Positions 38,278 to 47,500 of a stretch of 64,000 nucleotides of DNA are shown here, one piece after another. Made by a program: the position numbers and the translations under genes. The number at the start of each line of letters is the position of its first letter. Position 1 is the stretch's first letter. This DNA comes from Halanaerobiales bacterium (GTDB taxonomy: Bacteria; Bacillota; Halanaerobiia; Halanaerobiales; M55B127): contig JAGXLU010000006.1 in the NCBI GenBank assembly GCA_018334565.1, positions 6,056-70,055 on the forward strand, in the 5' to 3' direction. A model generated the notes under the pieces. The model was not told the origin of the DNA. It searched no databases and saw only the letters and a list, made by a program, of their open reading frames with translations.

Positions 38278-39338
38278 TATCTTTCACCCCCGATTTTTTC
38301 AATTTCTTCAACAATTTCTTCGGGTGAAGGTACAACCCCACCGGTTCTTCCATAAAAATGAACCGGTTTTTTACCCGAAACAGCCAACTTAACATCTTCT
38401 ACCATCTGTCCTAAACTCATCTCAACTGTTAAGAAATTTTCAACCCGGTCCGCAGTTTCATTAATTATATCACTGGGAAAAGGGAACAGAGTAATTGGTC
38501 TAATCAGTCCAACCTTATAACCGTCTTTACGGGCCATTTCAATCGCACTTGTGGCGATTCTTGCCGTAGTACCATAGGCAACAATAATTATATCTGCATC
38601 TTCTGTATAAAGTTCTTCATACCGCACTTCTTCTTCTTTCATCCTGTCATACTTGGCCTTCAGCTTTAAATTATGATCTTCTAAATCATGGGGGTCAAGG
38701 GCAAGGGAATTAATGATATTGCGCTCTCTTCCTTTTGCTCCATCTGTAGCCCATTCTTTTTTGGGAAGATCATCGGGATCAATCGGATCCTTAAATTCAA
38801 CCGGTTCCATCATCTGCCCAATAATTCCATCTCCTACGATTAATACAGGATTCCTATATTTATCGGCAATATCAAAGGCATCCATTGTTAAATCTACAGC
38901 CTCCTGAACAGAACTAGGAGCCAGAACTGTCAAATAAAAATCACCATGGGCCATCCCTTTAGTTGCCTGAAAATAATCAGCCTGTGATGGTTGAATTGTA
39001 CCTAAGCCTGGGCCCCCTCTCATAATATTGATTATAACTGCAGGTAATTCTGCTCCTGCAATATATGAAATGCCTTCTGCTTTCAAACTGATTCCCGGAC
39101 TGGACGAAGAAGTTAATACCCTTGCTCCAGCGCCTGCAGCACCATACACCATATTACTGGCTGCAACTTCACTTTCAGCCTGTAAAAAAGTACCACCGAC
39201 TTCCGGAAATTTTCTGGCTAGATAGGCTGGTAATTCACTCTGAGGAGTGATAGGATAACCAAAAAAATAACGACAACCTGCTCTAATAGCAGCCTCAGCT
39301 ATAGCCTCATTACCTTTCATTAGTGTTTTTTTACCCAT
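38277..39338 (-). CDS. 2-oxoacid:ferredoxin oxidoreductase, alpha subunit
   Basis: 353 aa with the [25 protein letters not shown]-terminus typical of OFOR alpha subunits. Confidence 0.85.
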   Translation of the reverse strand: MGKKTLMKGNEAIAEAAIRAGCRYFFGYPITPQSELPAYLARKFPEVGGTFLQAESEVAASNMVYGAAGAGARVLTSSSSPGISLKAEGISYIAGAELPAVIINIMRGGPGLGTIQPSQADYFQATKGMAHGDFYLTVLAPSSVQEAVDLTMDAFDIADKYRNPVLIVGDGIIGQMMEPVEFKDPIDPDDLPKKEWATDGAKGRERNIINSLALDPHDLEDHNLKLKAKYDRMKEEEVRYEELYTEDADIIIVAYGTTARIATSAIEMARKDGYKVGLIRPITLFPFPSDIINETADRVENFLTVEMSLGQMVEDVKLAVSGKKPVHFYGRTGGVVPSPEEIVEEIEKIGGER

Positions 39339-39353
39339 ATATATAAACCTCCT

Positions 39354-39572
39354 TTATTCCTCCTTATATACCTCAATAACGACATCAGGACACATTGTAG
39401 CACACATTCCACAGCTAATACATTTTTTTTGTTCCTTTACTTCGGCATAATGGTAGCCATGACTGTTTATTTCCTCTGACATTGAAATAATATCGACTGG
39501 ACATACTGCTGTACAGAGCTCACAGCCCTTACATCGCTCAATATCGAATACTACAGATTGTTGTTTCTCCAT
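39354..39572 (-). CDS. 2-oxoacid:ferredoxin oxidoreductase, delta subunit (2x[4Fe-4S] ferredoxin)
   Basis: 72 aa with two CxxCxxCxxxCP motifs. Confidence 0.85.
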   Translation of the reverse strand: MEKQQSVVFDIERCKGCELCTAVCPVDIISMSEEINSHGYHYAEVKEQKKCISCGMCATMCPDVVIEVYKEE

Positions 39573-39584
39573 CCAGACACCTCC

Positions 39585-40652
39585 TTAGTAATTCTTCGCC
39601 TTTTCATTACCTGATAAAACTCTGTATGCCCCTACGGCTAATGCCTCTAATTCCTCTTCACCCGCAAAAACCTTTACAGGAGCAATATGTTTAACTCTTT
39701 TTTTGACTAACTTAACAAAATAATCAGAATAGGCAATACCGCCTGTTAAAATTACAGCATCACATCTGCCCCTTAAAACTGCAGACATAGCACCTATTTC
39801 CTTGGAAACCTGATAGGCCATTGCTGTAAAAATAAGTTTTGCCTTTTGCTCACCCTGATTAATTCTATTTTCTACTTCTAACATATTACTAGTATCAAGA
39901 TAGGCAGTGACCCCTCCCTGACCTATTAACCTTTTTTCAAGCCAATCTTTATCATATTTGTCGGAATAACACATTTTTAATAGATCAAAACTGGGAACTC
40001 CCCCACTGCGATTTGGGGAAAATGGTCCATCACCACTTAAGGCATTATTAACATCTATAATTTTTCCTTTCTTATGAGCCCCCACAGAAATACCGCCACC
40101 TAGATGAGCTATTATCAAATTTAATTTCTCGTAATTGCTATTACACACCTCTGCATATTTACGGGCAACAGCCTTATGATTTAGAGCGTGAAAAATACTT
40201 TTTCTGCTAAGTTCGGGTATTCCGGATAACTTTGCGACATCCTCCATTTCATCTACAACAACAGGATCTACGATAAAAGCTGGACAATCGGCTTTGTTCG
40301 ATAAAAGATCTGCCAATAGGCCGCCTAGATTACTAGCATGTTCACCTCTTTTTGCTTCTTTTAAATCTTTTTTCATCTCTGCATTTACCCAGTAAGTTCC
40401 CCCAGGAATTGGTCTTAATAAGCCACCTCTACCGACTACAGCAGATATATTGGATATCTCTATATCTTCATCTTCTAAAAAATTTATAATGTAGTTATAT
40501 CTGAATTCCAATTGATCACTCATATACTCAAATTTTTTTAACTCTTTTGAGTCATGTTCTATATTCATCTTTTTAATTTCAGTTTTTTTATTAAATATTC
40601 CTAATTTTGTTGATGTTGAACCAGGATTAATACTTAAAATTAACATATCCAT
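39585..40652 (-). CDS. buk: Butyrate (branched-chain acyl) kinase
   Basis: 355 aa of the ASKHA/acetate-butyrate kinase family (ILSINPGSTSTK, HLGGGISVGA). Confidence 0.9.
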   Translation of the reverse strand: MDMLILSINPGSTSTKLGIFNKKTEIKKMNIEHDSKELKKFEYMSDQLEFRYNYIINFLEDEDIEISNISAVVGRGGLLRPIPGGTYWVNAEMKKDLKEAKRGEHASNLGGLLADLLSNKADCPAFIVDPVVVDEMEDVAKLSGIPELSRKSIFHALNHKAVARKYAEVCNSNYEKLNLIIAHLGGGISVGAHKKGKIIDVNNALSGDGPFSPNRSGGVPSFDLLKMCYSDKYDKDWLEKRLIGQGGVTAYLDTSNMLEVENRINQGEQKAKLIFTAMAYQVSKEIGAMSAVLRGRCDAVILTGGIAYSDYFVKLVKKRVKHIAPVKVFAGEEELEALAVGAYRVLSGNEKAKNY

Positions 40653-40662
40653 AATCCCACTC

Positions 40663-41730
40663 CTAACGAGGTACGAAGTTCCTTCTTACTTCACCTATTT
40701 TTTTAATTCTCTCTTCTGCCATAATATCAGCTGCTTTATAAGTTGGTATATTATCTCTTTTACTAATCTCAAATACTTTTGTTATATTATTATATATATT
40801 TTTAGCACGTCTTAATGCACGCTCCCTATTATATCCAATTAATTCATCATAAACATTAATAACACCACCAGCATTAATTACATAATCAGGGGCATAGACG
40901 ATATTTTTTTCCTCTAGTGCATTACCATGTCTTTCTTCTTCTTTCAATACATTATTAGCAGCACCTGCTATGATATCACATTTTAACTTAGCAATCGTTT
41001 CATCATTAATAACAGCACCCAGTGCACATGGGGCAAAAATATCACAATCTACACTGTAGATCTGATCTGGTTTAACTACTTCAACCCCGAAATCCTGCAC
41101 TGCCTTATCTATGTTTTCTTCTTTGATGTCAGTTATAATAACTTCAGCGCCTGCTTCTTTAAGATGTTTAACCAAACTATATCCGACATGGCCAACACCC
41201 TGCACAGCCACTACTTTGTTTTTTAAATCTGAGCTTCCATAAACCTCATTAACAGTAGCTCTAATCCCGTAAAATACACCTAAGGCAGTTACCGGAGAAG
41301 GATTGCCACTCGTAGATGGTAAACCGGTTACATAATCAGTCTCTTCTGCTACAATATGCATATCATCTGCATTAGTATTGACATCCTCGGCTGTTATATA
41401 GCGGCCATTTAGACTCTGCACAAAACGTCCATAAGCCCTTAAAAGTTCTTCGGTTTTTATTTGATCTGGATCACCTATAATTACTGCTTTACCACCACCT
41501 AAGTTTAATCCGGCTGCGGCAGACTTATAGGTCATACCTTTTGACAATCTTAATACATCAGTTAAGGCTTCTTCCTCACTTTCATAATCCCAGATTCTAG
41601 TCCCACCCAGAGCTGGACCCAGTGTTGTATCATGAATAGCAATAATTGCCTTTAAACCAGATACCTCATCATAATTAAATACAACCTGTTCATAATCATC
41701 GAGTTCTAATCTTTTAAAAAGTTCTTTCAT
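40663..41730 (-). CDS. Leucine (branched-chain amino acid) dehydrogenase, paralog 1
   Basis: 355 aa of the Glu/Leu/Phe/Val dehydrogenase family. Catalytic block GGGKAVI, Rossmann motif VQGVGHVG, and AGAANNVL. Confidence 0.85.
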   Translation of the reverse strand: MKELFKRLELDDYEQVVFNYDEVSGLKAIIAIHDTTLGPALGGTRIWDYESEEEALTDVLRLSKGMTYKSAAAGLNLGGGKAVIIGDPDQIKTEELLRAYGRFVQSLNGRYITAEDVNTNADDMHIVAEETDYVTGLPSTSGNPSPVTALGVFYGIRATVNEVYGSSDLKNKVVAVQGVGHVGYSLVKHLKEAGAEVIITDIKEENIDKAVQDFGVEVVKPDQIYSVDCDIFAPCALGAVINDETIAKLKCDIIAGAANNVLKEEERHGNALEEKNIVYAPDYVINAGGVINVYDELIGYNRERALRRAKNIYNNITKVFEISKRDNIPTYKAADIMAEERIKKIGEVRRNFVPR

Positions 41731-41757
41731 TTCAAATCTTCCTCCTCAATTTTTATT

Positions 41758-42657
41758 TTAAGCCTCTGCCATTAATTTAGCCAGAGTAATAGAATTAAAC
41801 TTTGTATCCGCCCTATCTGCCCGAGAAGTTACTACTAATGGAACCTTTGCTCCTAATACTGCTGAAGCGGAAGGTTGATTACCATAAAACACAAGTGCCT
41901 TGTATAAAAAATTACCGGATTCGATATTAGGTACTAAAAGAATATCAGCTTGACCAGCAACTTTGCTTTCTATTCCCTTATGGTGGGCCGCCTCTTTATT
42001 AATAGCATTATCAAAAGCAAGAGGTCCATCTACTAAAGCTGTATTGATCTGCCCTCGCTCAGCCATCTTGGCTAAAGCAGCCGCCTCTAGTGTAGCTGGC
42101 ATAGAAGGATTAACAGTTTCCACAGCTGCTAAAACAGCTGCTTTGGGCTCTTTTATGCCTATCACATTAGCCATCTGAGCTGCATTATTAATAAGGTCTA
42201 TTTTATCTTCTAGACTGGGATTAATGTTCATACCCCCATCGGTTAATATTATGAAGCGCTTTTCTTTTTCTAAATATATTAATGTTACAAGGCTTAATAT
42301 GTTCTCTCCTCTCAGACCATAATTTTTATCAAGCAGGGCTTTTAAAACTAAACTGGTGCTGATAAACCCTTTCATCGGAAAATCAGCTTCACCCTCACTG
42401 ATTAGTTCCATCGCCTTCTGAGCAGATTCTTTTTTTGTATTTGTATTAATAATAAGTGGGCTTTCTTTCATATTATTTTTTTCAACTAATTCTTTTATTT
42501 TCGGTTTATCACCTATTAAAATCGGTTTGACAATCCCGAGATCAGCTGCTTTTTTAACACTGTCTATCACAATTTTATCTTCAGCAGCTACCACTGCGAG
42601 TTTTAGGGGTTTTGTTTTTTTAGCATTAGTAATAAGTTTTTCCATATTTTTCAACAA
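41758..42657 (-). CDS. ptb: Phosphate butyryltransferase (branched-chain phosphotransacylase)
   Basis: 299 aa of the PTA/PTB family (MKGFISTS, DGGMNINP, VVTSRAD). Confidence 0.9.
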   Translation of the reverse strand: MLKNMEKLITNAKKTKPLKLAVVAAEDKIVIDSVKKAADLGIVKPILIGDKPKIKELVEKNNMKESPLIINTNTKKESAQKAMELISEGEADFPMKGFISTSLVLKALLDKNYGLRGENILSLVTLIYLEKEKRFIILTDGGMNINPSLEDKIDLINNAAQMANVIGIKEPKAAVLAAVETVNPSMPATLEAAALAKMAERGQINTALVDGPLAFDNAINKEAAHHKGIESKVAGQADILLVPNIESGNFLYKALVFYGNQPSASAVLGAKVPLVVTSRADRADTKFNSITLAKLMAEA

Positions 42658-42662
42658 CTTTA

Positions 42663-43730
42663 TTACCCCCTTATATTATGAACTGCTTTCATCATCTCTA
42701 TTCTTTCTTTTACAATATGATCAGCAGCATCAACGGTAGTAATATCTTTTTTTTCTGCTATTTCAAATATTTGTAGTAGTTTATCATAGATGTGTTCGCA
42801 TTTTTTCATGGTTCTTTCTTCATTATATCCGCCAATACCAAGTTCATCTGCCACCTGGATCAATCCACCTGCATTGATCACATAATCAGGGGCATATAGA
42901 ATACTTTCTTTTTTAAGTATATCAGCAAAATGATGATCTTTTAATACATTATTGGCAGCACCTGCTATAATATCACAGTTTAATCTCTTAATGGTTTCTT
43001 CGTTGATTACAGCTCCCAGTGCATTGGGAGAAAAGATATCACATTTAGCATCATATATCTCATCAGGCTTTACTATTTCAGCTCCCAATTCTTTTGCTTT
43101 TTTTACATTTTCTTCTTCAATATCGGTTGCGATCACCTTACAACCCTGATCAAGTAAATGCTTGCTTAATTTTAGACCAACTTTCCCTAATCCCTGAACT
43201 GCAACGGTTAAATCTTCACAACTGTCATTACCGTATCTGTATTTACAACAGGCTTTAATTCCATGAAATACTCCATAAGCAGTTGCTATTGAGGAATCGC
43301 CACTGCCCCCAAATTCTTTGGGCAAGGCACCTACAAAAGGGGTTTCTTTTCTTAAAATAACAAAATCATCAAAGGTAGTCCCTACATCAGTTCCCGTAGA
43401 ATAACGACCATTCAAGGTATTAATGAATTTACCCAGTGCCCTAAATAGGCCTTCCGTTTTATCTTGATGAGGATCGCCCCAAATAACAGATTTAGCTCCA
43501 CCAAAATCAACATTTGATATTCCAGATTTATATGTCATTCCTTCGGATAGACGCAGAGCGTCAGTAATCATCTCGTCTTCCTTATCATAGTCCCACATCC
43601 TGCAGCCTCCCAAACTGGGACCTAAAACGGTATTATGGATTGCAATGATGGCTTTAAGGTTCACTTTGTTGTCCTGTAAAAACATAATTTGTTCATGCCC
43701 ATGTTCTTCCATCTCTTTAAATAATTCCAT
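42663..43730 (-). CDS. Leu/Val/Phe-type amino acid dehydrogenase, paralog 2
   Basis: 355 aa, by eye roughly half identical to paralog 1. GGAKSVI catalytic block, VQGLGKVG, and AGAANNVL. Confidence 0.85.
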   Translation of the reverse strand: MELFKEMEEHGHEQIMFLQDNKVNLKAIIAIHNTVLGPSLGGCRMWDYDKEDEMITDALRLSEGMTYKSGISNVDFGGAKSVIWGDPHQDKTEGLFRALGKFINTLNGRYSTGTDVGTTFDDFVILRKETPFVGALPKEFGGSGDSSIATAYGVFHGIKACCKYRYGNDSCEDLTVAVQGLGKVGLKLSKHLLDQGCKVIATDIEEENVKKAKELGAEIVKPDEIYDAKCDIFSPNALGAVINEETIKRLNCDIIAGAANNVLKDHHFADILKKESILYAPDYVINAGGLIQVADELGIGGYNEERTMKKCEHIYDKLLQIFEIAEKKDITTVDAADHIVKERIEMMKAVHNIRG

Positions 43731-43778
43731 TAAATATCCATCCCCCTTTAAAATATTATCTTTACACTATTAATATAA

Positions 43779-43794
43779 TGCATATTTTATTCCA
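43779..43794 (-). promoter_or_regulatory. Candidate sigma-54 (-24/-12) promoter of the amino-acid dehydrogenase-ptb-buk-OFOR operon
   Basis: The minus strand reads TGGAATAAAATATGCA, with GG-N10-GC spacing as in TGGCAC-N5-TTGCW. It sits about 50 nt upstream of the ATG at 43730, next to a sigma-54 activator gene. Confidence 0.5.
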
Positions 43795-43899
43795 ACACCA
43801 TATTTATAAATTTGATATATTTTTATAAAAACAGATACTATCATAACAGCAATACTAAGTATTTGCTTTTTTATGCTATTTTTTTCACAACTGCAATAT

Positions 43900-43933
43900 A
43901 AAACATGCCTGCATATATTTGCAGGCATGTTTT
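43900..43933 (-). terminator. Intrinsic terminator after the sigma-54 activator gene
   Basis: A perfect 14-bp stem, AAAACATGCCTGCA-6 nt-TGCAGGCATGTTTT, starts 8 nt after the stop. Its GC-rich core is followed by TTTTAT on the minus strand. Confidence 0.75.
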
Positions 43934-43940
43934 TGCAGTT

Positions 43941-45701
43941 CTATTTTAAATTGTATTTATTTATCTTATAATAAAGGCTTCTCACAGCAATTTCCAGCAG
44001 CTCTGCTGCCTCTTTTCTATTCCCATTGGTTTTTATTAAAGCCTCTTTTATGACCTCTATCTCGGTCTTGTTGACTATTTCATTTAAAGAATTTTCTTCA
44101 ATAGGATAACTATCTGGTGGTCCATTTATCTTGTCTTTTAATTTAGCTTTTCCAACAATATCTGGAATATGTTTGATCTCAATTATGTTTTTGTTGATTC
44201 CTAAATTTATCATGGCTCGGCCAATTATATTTTCTAGTTCCCTTACATTACCGGGCCAATTATAGTTTTTTAAATATTGGATCGCCTCTTTAGAAATGCC
44301 TCTCACAGATCGGCCGTATTGCTGGTTAAACTTTGTTATTATATGGTGCATCAAAAAAGGAATATCTTCTTTTCTTTCCCGCAAAGGTGGAATAAGAATA
44401 GGAAAGACATTTAACCTATAATAAAGATCTTCCCTGAATTGCCCCTTATTGATAGCCTTTTCGAGATTAATATTTGTAGCAACTATTATTCTTATATCTA
44501 TATCAATTGTGCGAGTACTACCCACTCTTAAAATTTCTTGCTCCTGGATTACTCTAAGCAATTTGGACTGTAGCTTGAGGCTGATCTTTCCAATTTCATC
44601 TAGAAAAATTGTCCCGTGATTAGCCTCTTCAAAAAGCCCTTTTTTGCCACCTTTTTTAGCACCGGTAAAGGCCCCTTCCTGATAACCAAAGAGTTCACTT
44701 TCCAATATATTATCGGCCAGGGCTGAGCAATTTACCCTGATAAATTTATTTTTACTACGTTCACTGTTATTGTGAATTGCATGGGCAAAAAGCTCCTTGC
44801 CGGTTCCGCTTTCTCCCCTTAACAGAACGGTTATAGGTGTCCTGGCAGCTTTTTTTGCTTGATTGATGACCGACTTCATGGTTTCAGACTCACCCACGAT
44901 ATCTTCAAAGGAATATTTAGCATTGATCTGCCTTATAATCTTTTTTGCTTGATTTAATTCTTCGGTCAACTTTTTAATTTCAGACACATCATGTGCTACA
45001 GCTACACTACCTTTTAGCTCACCATCAACAATCATAGGGGCTGCATCGACAAGTACATTCTTCTTGTTTGGACCAACCTTCATCCTCACATTTGAAACTG
45101 ACTTGCGGGTCTTCAGTACCTTATAATGCATGCTCTTACCTTCTATAATATCCACATTAGCGGGCTTACCTATAACATCTTCCTCTGTTAAACCGGTTAA
45201 CTTTTTGTAGGCAGGATTGATTAAGATCCCCACTCCGTTTTCATCAACAACACTGATTGCATCCTGAGTGGAGTTGATAATCGCCTCCAGCATAATCCTG
45301 ATTTCACGCAGATCTGTAATTTGCTCCGCTAATTTTTTGACATCTGTAATATCCCTAAAGACAGACACTGCCCCGATGATATTTTGCTGCTTATCTCTAA
45401 CAGGTACTCGATTTGTAATAATAGTAGTCTGTCGGGCATTTTGAATCTGATTTAGTTCTGCTTCACCTTTTTTTAGGGTAATATGCAGTTTTGCATCGGG
45501 TATTACATCCTTTATTTTTTTATTTAAAATGTCCTTTCTATCTAAGCCAAACATTTTTTCAGCCGCATCGTTAAATAATTCTATTCTACCTTCTTTATCT
45601 ACAGAAATTAGGCCGTCGTGTGTAGAATTAATAATTACATTCTTCTTACAGATTTTATTTTTAAGTTCCTCTATCTTTTTTTCTCTACTTATCTCACTCA
45701 T
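43941..45701 (-). CDS. Sigma-54-dependent transcriptional activator with PAS sensor domains (BkdR-like)
   Basis: 586 aa. Two PAS-like regions, an AAA+ domain with GESGTGKE and the GAFTGA loop (EGAFTGAKKGG), and a C-terminal Fis-type HTH. Confidence 0.9.
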   Translation of the reverse strand: MSEISREKKIEELKNKICKKNVIINSTHDGLISVDKEGRIELFNDAAEKMFGLDRKDILNKKIKDVIPDAKLHITLKKGEAELNQIQNARQTTIITNRVPVRDKQQNIIGAVSVFRDITDVKKLAEQITDLREIRIMLEAIINSTQDAISVVDENGVGILINPAYKKLTGLTEEDVIGKPANVDIIEGKSMHYKVLKTRKSVSNVRMKVGPNKKNVLVDAAPMIVDGELKGSVAVAHDVSEIKKLTEELNQAKKIIRQINAKYSFEDIVGESETMKSVINQAKKAARTPITVLLRGESGTGKELFAHAIHNNSERSKNKFIRVNCSALADNILESELFGYQEGAFTGAKKGGKKGLFEEANHGTIFLDEIGKISLKLQSKLLRVIQEQEILRVGSTRTIDIDIRIIVATNINLEKAINKGQFREDLYYRLNVFPILIPPLRERKEDIPFLMHHIITKFNQQYGRSVRGISKEAIQYLKNYNWPGNVRELENIIGRAMINLGINKNIIEIKHIPDIVGKAKLKDKINGPPDSYPIEENSLNEIVNKTEIEVIKEALIKTNGNRKEAAELLEIAVRSLYYKINKYNLK

Positions 45702-45723
45702 GGTTTCACTCCAGCCTTAAAAA

Positions 45724-46392
45724 TTAATCCCAGGGATTTTTTAAAAAGCGTTTTATAGTAAAGATCTCTTCCTCATAATTTAACTTAAGGCTACTTTCCT
45801 TTAAATCTTCTCTCACTGAAATAAATTTAATAGGGATATTCATCTTATCGGCTGCTTTCTTTACTATGGGATAGCCTTCTTTTAAATCATCTAATTGGGT
45901 ATCTTGACCTAAATTGATATTACAGATCAAATTATCAACATTCATTTTTGCAGCAGACTCGATTTGATCTTTCATCTTGATAATACCCTCTACATTACTT
46001 GTAAAAGGTCTTTTTGTATTGACTACTAAATTTAATTCATATTTAGCTGCCTGGACACTATCTGCTATACTGCCTAGAACAGTTGCCCCCTCTTTATCAC
46101 CACCAACATCAATAACCCCATAGTATTCTTCATTGTGTAGAAGTCTTTTTAGATCTGCTGTTATAATAGGTAAATCAGCATACTTTAATTTTTTGGGATA
46201 AATAACTTCAATCCCCTGTTCTTCCATTAACTGTTCCTTTTCACGTGAGCGAAAATAGGGGTTGATCACATCTAAATCTACAATCACTACCTTTTCTCTA
46301 TCTTTTCTTAAATGGAGGGCATAATTTAAAGAAACCTCTGTCTTTCCACTACCGAAGTTTCCCGTAAAGACAGTGATCCGCTTATCTTCCAT
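45724..46392 (-). CDS. P-loop NTPase of unknown function (SIMIBI/MinD-GPN-like)
   Basis: Walker A GNFGSGKT and Walker B-like VIDVGGD. The start is set at the ATG at 46392 (MEDKRITVF), because the longer track ORF overlaps the argF C-terminus. Confidence 0.6.
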   Translation of the reverse strand: MEDKRITVFTGNFGSGKTEVSLNYALHLRKDREKVVIVDLDVINPYFRSREKEQLMEEQGIEVIYPKKLKYADLPIITADLKRLLHNEEYYGVIDVGGDKEGATVLGSIADSVQAAKYELNLVVNTKRPFTSNVEGIIKMKDQIESAAKMNVDNLICNINLGQDTQLDDLKEGYPIVKKAADKMNIPIKFISVREDLKESSLKLNYEEEIFTIKRFLKNPWD

Positions 46393-46396
46393 AATG

Positions 46397-47395
46397 TTAT
46401 TGATTCCCCAAAGTAGCAACCATAACCGCTTTGATAGTATGCATTCTATTTTCAGCCTGATCGAATACTTTGGAATGTTTGCTTTCAAATACACGATCGG
46501 TTACTTCCATTTCCTTTACTCCGTGCTCTGCAAAGATTTTTTGTCCATTATCTGTCTCGGTATTATGATAGGCCGGTAGACAGTGTAAAAATATTACATC
46601 TTCATTATCTGTGTTAACAATCATTTCCATGTCAACTTGATAGGGTTTTAAAAGAGCAATTCTTTCTGCAAACTTTTCTTCTTCGCCCATTGATACCCAG
46701 ACATCGGTATAAATAGCATCGGCATCTTTTACGCCTGACACTGGATCATCTGTTATATCAATAGTAGCCTTTGAATCTCTGGCTAATAAATTGGCCTTTT
46801 TAACCAAAGCATCATCTGGCCAGAGTTCACGAGGTGCTATTATTGTATAATTTAAACCCATAATTGCACTACCCATCATCAATGAATTGGCCATATTATT
46901 ACGGCCATCACCTACATATACCAATTTGCGTTCTTGTAATCCACCAAAATTTTCTTGAATAGTCAAAAAATCTGCCAGTATTTGAGTAGGATGATATTGA
47001 TCAGTTAAACCATTCCAGACTGGGACACCTGCATATTCAGCCAGTATTTCAACTGTTTGATGCTTATATCCTCTAAATTCTATCCCATCATACATTCTAC
47101 CTAAAACACGTGCCGTATCGGCAACTGTTTCTTTTTTACCTAGCTGAATATCATTTTTACCCAGATATTCAGGATAACCGCCTTCATCTTTAGCACCAAC
47201 TGAAAAAGCACACCTGGTTCTAGTTGAAGGTTTTTCAAAAATTAAGGCTATATTCTTACCCTGAAGTGTATCACCCTTAATACCCGCTCTTTTCTTGTCC
47301 TTTAGGTCTTTAGAAAGTGTTAATAGGTAGCTAATTTCCTCCTGTGAAAAATCCTGTAATGTTAACAAACTCCTACCTTTAAGATTAAATGCCAT
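46397..47395 (-). CDS. argF: Ornithine carbamoyltransferase
   Basis: 332 aa with STRTR, HPTQ, DVW.SMG and HCLPA motifs. Anabolic versus catabolic (arcB) cannot be decided from sequence. Confidence 0.9.
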   Translation of the reverse strand: MAFNLKGRSLLTLQDFSQEEISYLLTLSKDLKDKKRAGIKGDTLQGKNIALIFEKPSTRTRCAFSVGAKDEGGYPEYLGKNDIQLGKKETVADTARVLGRMYDGIEFRGYKHQTVEILAEYAGVPVWNGLTDQYHPTQILADFLTIQENFGGLQERKLVYVGDGRNNMANSLMMGSAIMGLNYTIIAPRELWPDDALVKKANLLARDSKATIDITDDPVSGVKDADAIYTDVWVSMGEEEKFAERIALLKPYQVDMEMIVNTDNEDVIFLHCLPAYHNTETDNGQKIFAEHGVKEMEVTDRVFESKHSKVFDQAENRMHTIKAVMVATLGNQ

Positions 47396-47453
47396 CTTAT
47401 CTCCTCCATAATATTATTATTTCCCCACTGATATATAATATTATATAATATAT

Positions 47454-47500
47454 AAGATAAATATTCAATATTTTTATACATTAATGTATAAATATTCAAT
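47454..47500 (-). promoter_or_regulatory. ARG-box-like operator repeats upstream of argF
   Basis: The minus strand reads ATTGAATATTTATACATTAATGTATAAAAATATTGAATATTTATCTT. TGAATATTTATACA differs by 1 mismatch from the TGAAT-W4-ATTCA core. The direct repeat ATTGAATATTTAT occurs twice, 31 nt apart. The region overlaps the spo0A stop. Confidence 0.4.

Noticed and set aside
40663-43730. The exact 2000-bp offset between the two dehydrogenase paralogs (40663-41730 versus 42663-43730), which could hint at a recent tandem duplication or an assembly artefact
   Set aside because: The two copies are only about half identical at protein level, and ptb sits between them. The round number is a coincidence between an old duplication and the length of ptb.
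46393-46494. A 34-codon N-terminal extension of the P-loop NTPase ORF (track start 46494)
   Set aside because: The extension overlaps the conserved C-terminus of argF in another frame. The internal ATG at 46392 (MEDKRITVF...GSGKT) gives a normal Walker-A-proximal N-terminus 4 nt after the argF stop.
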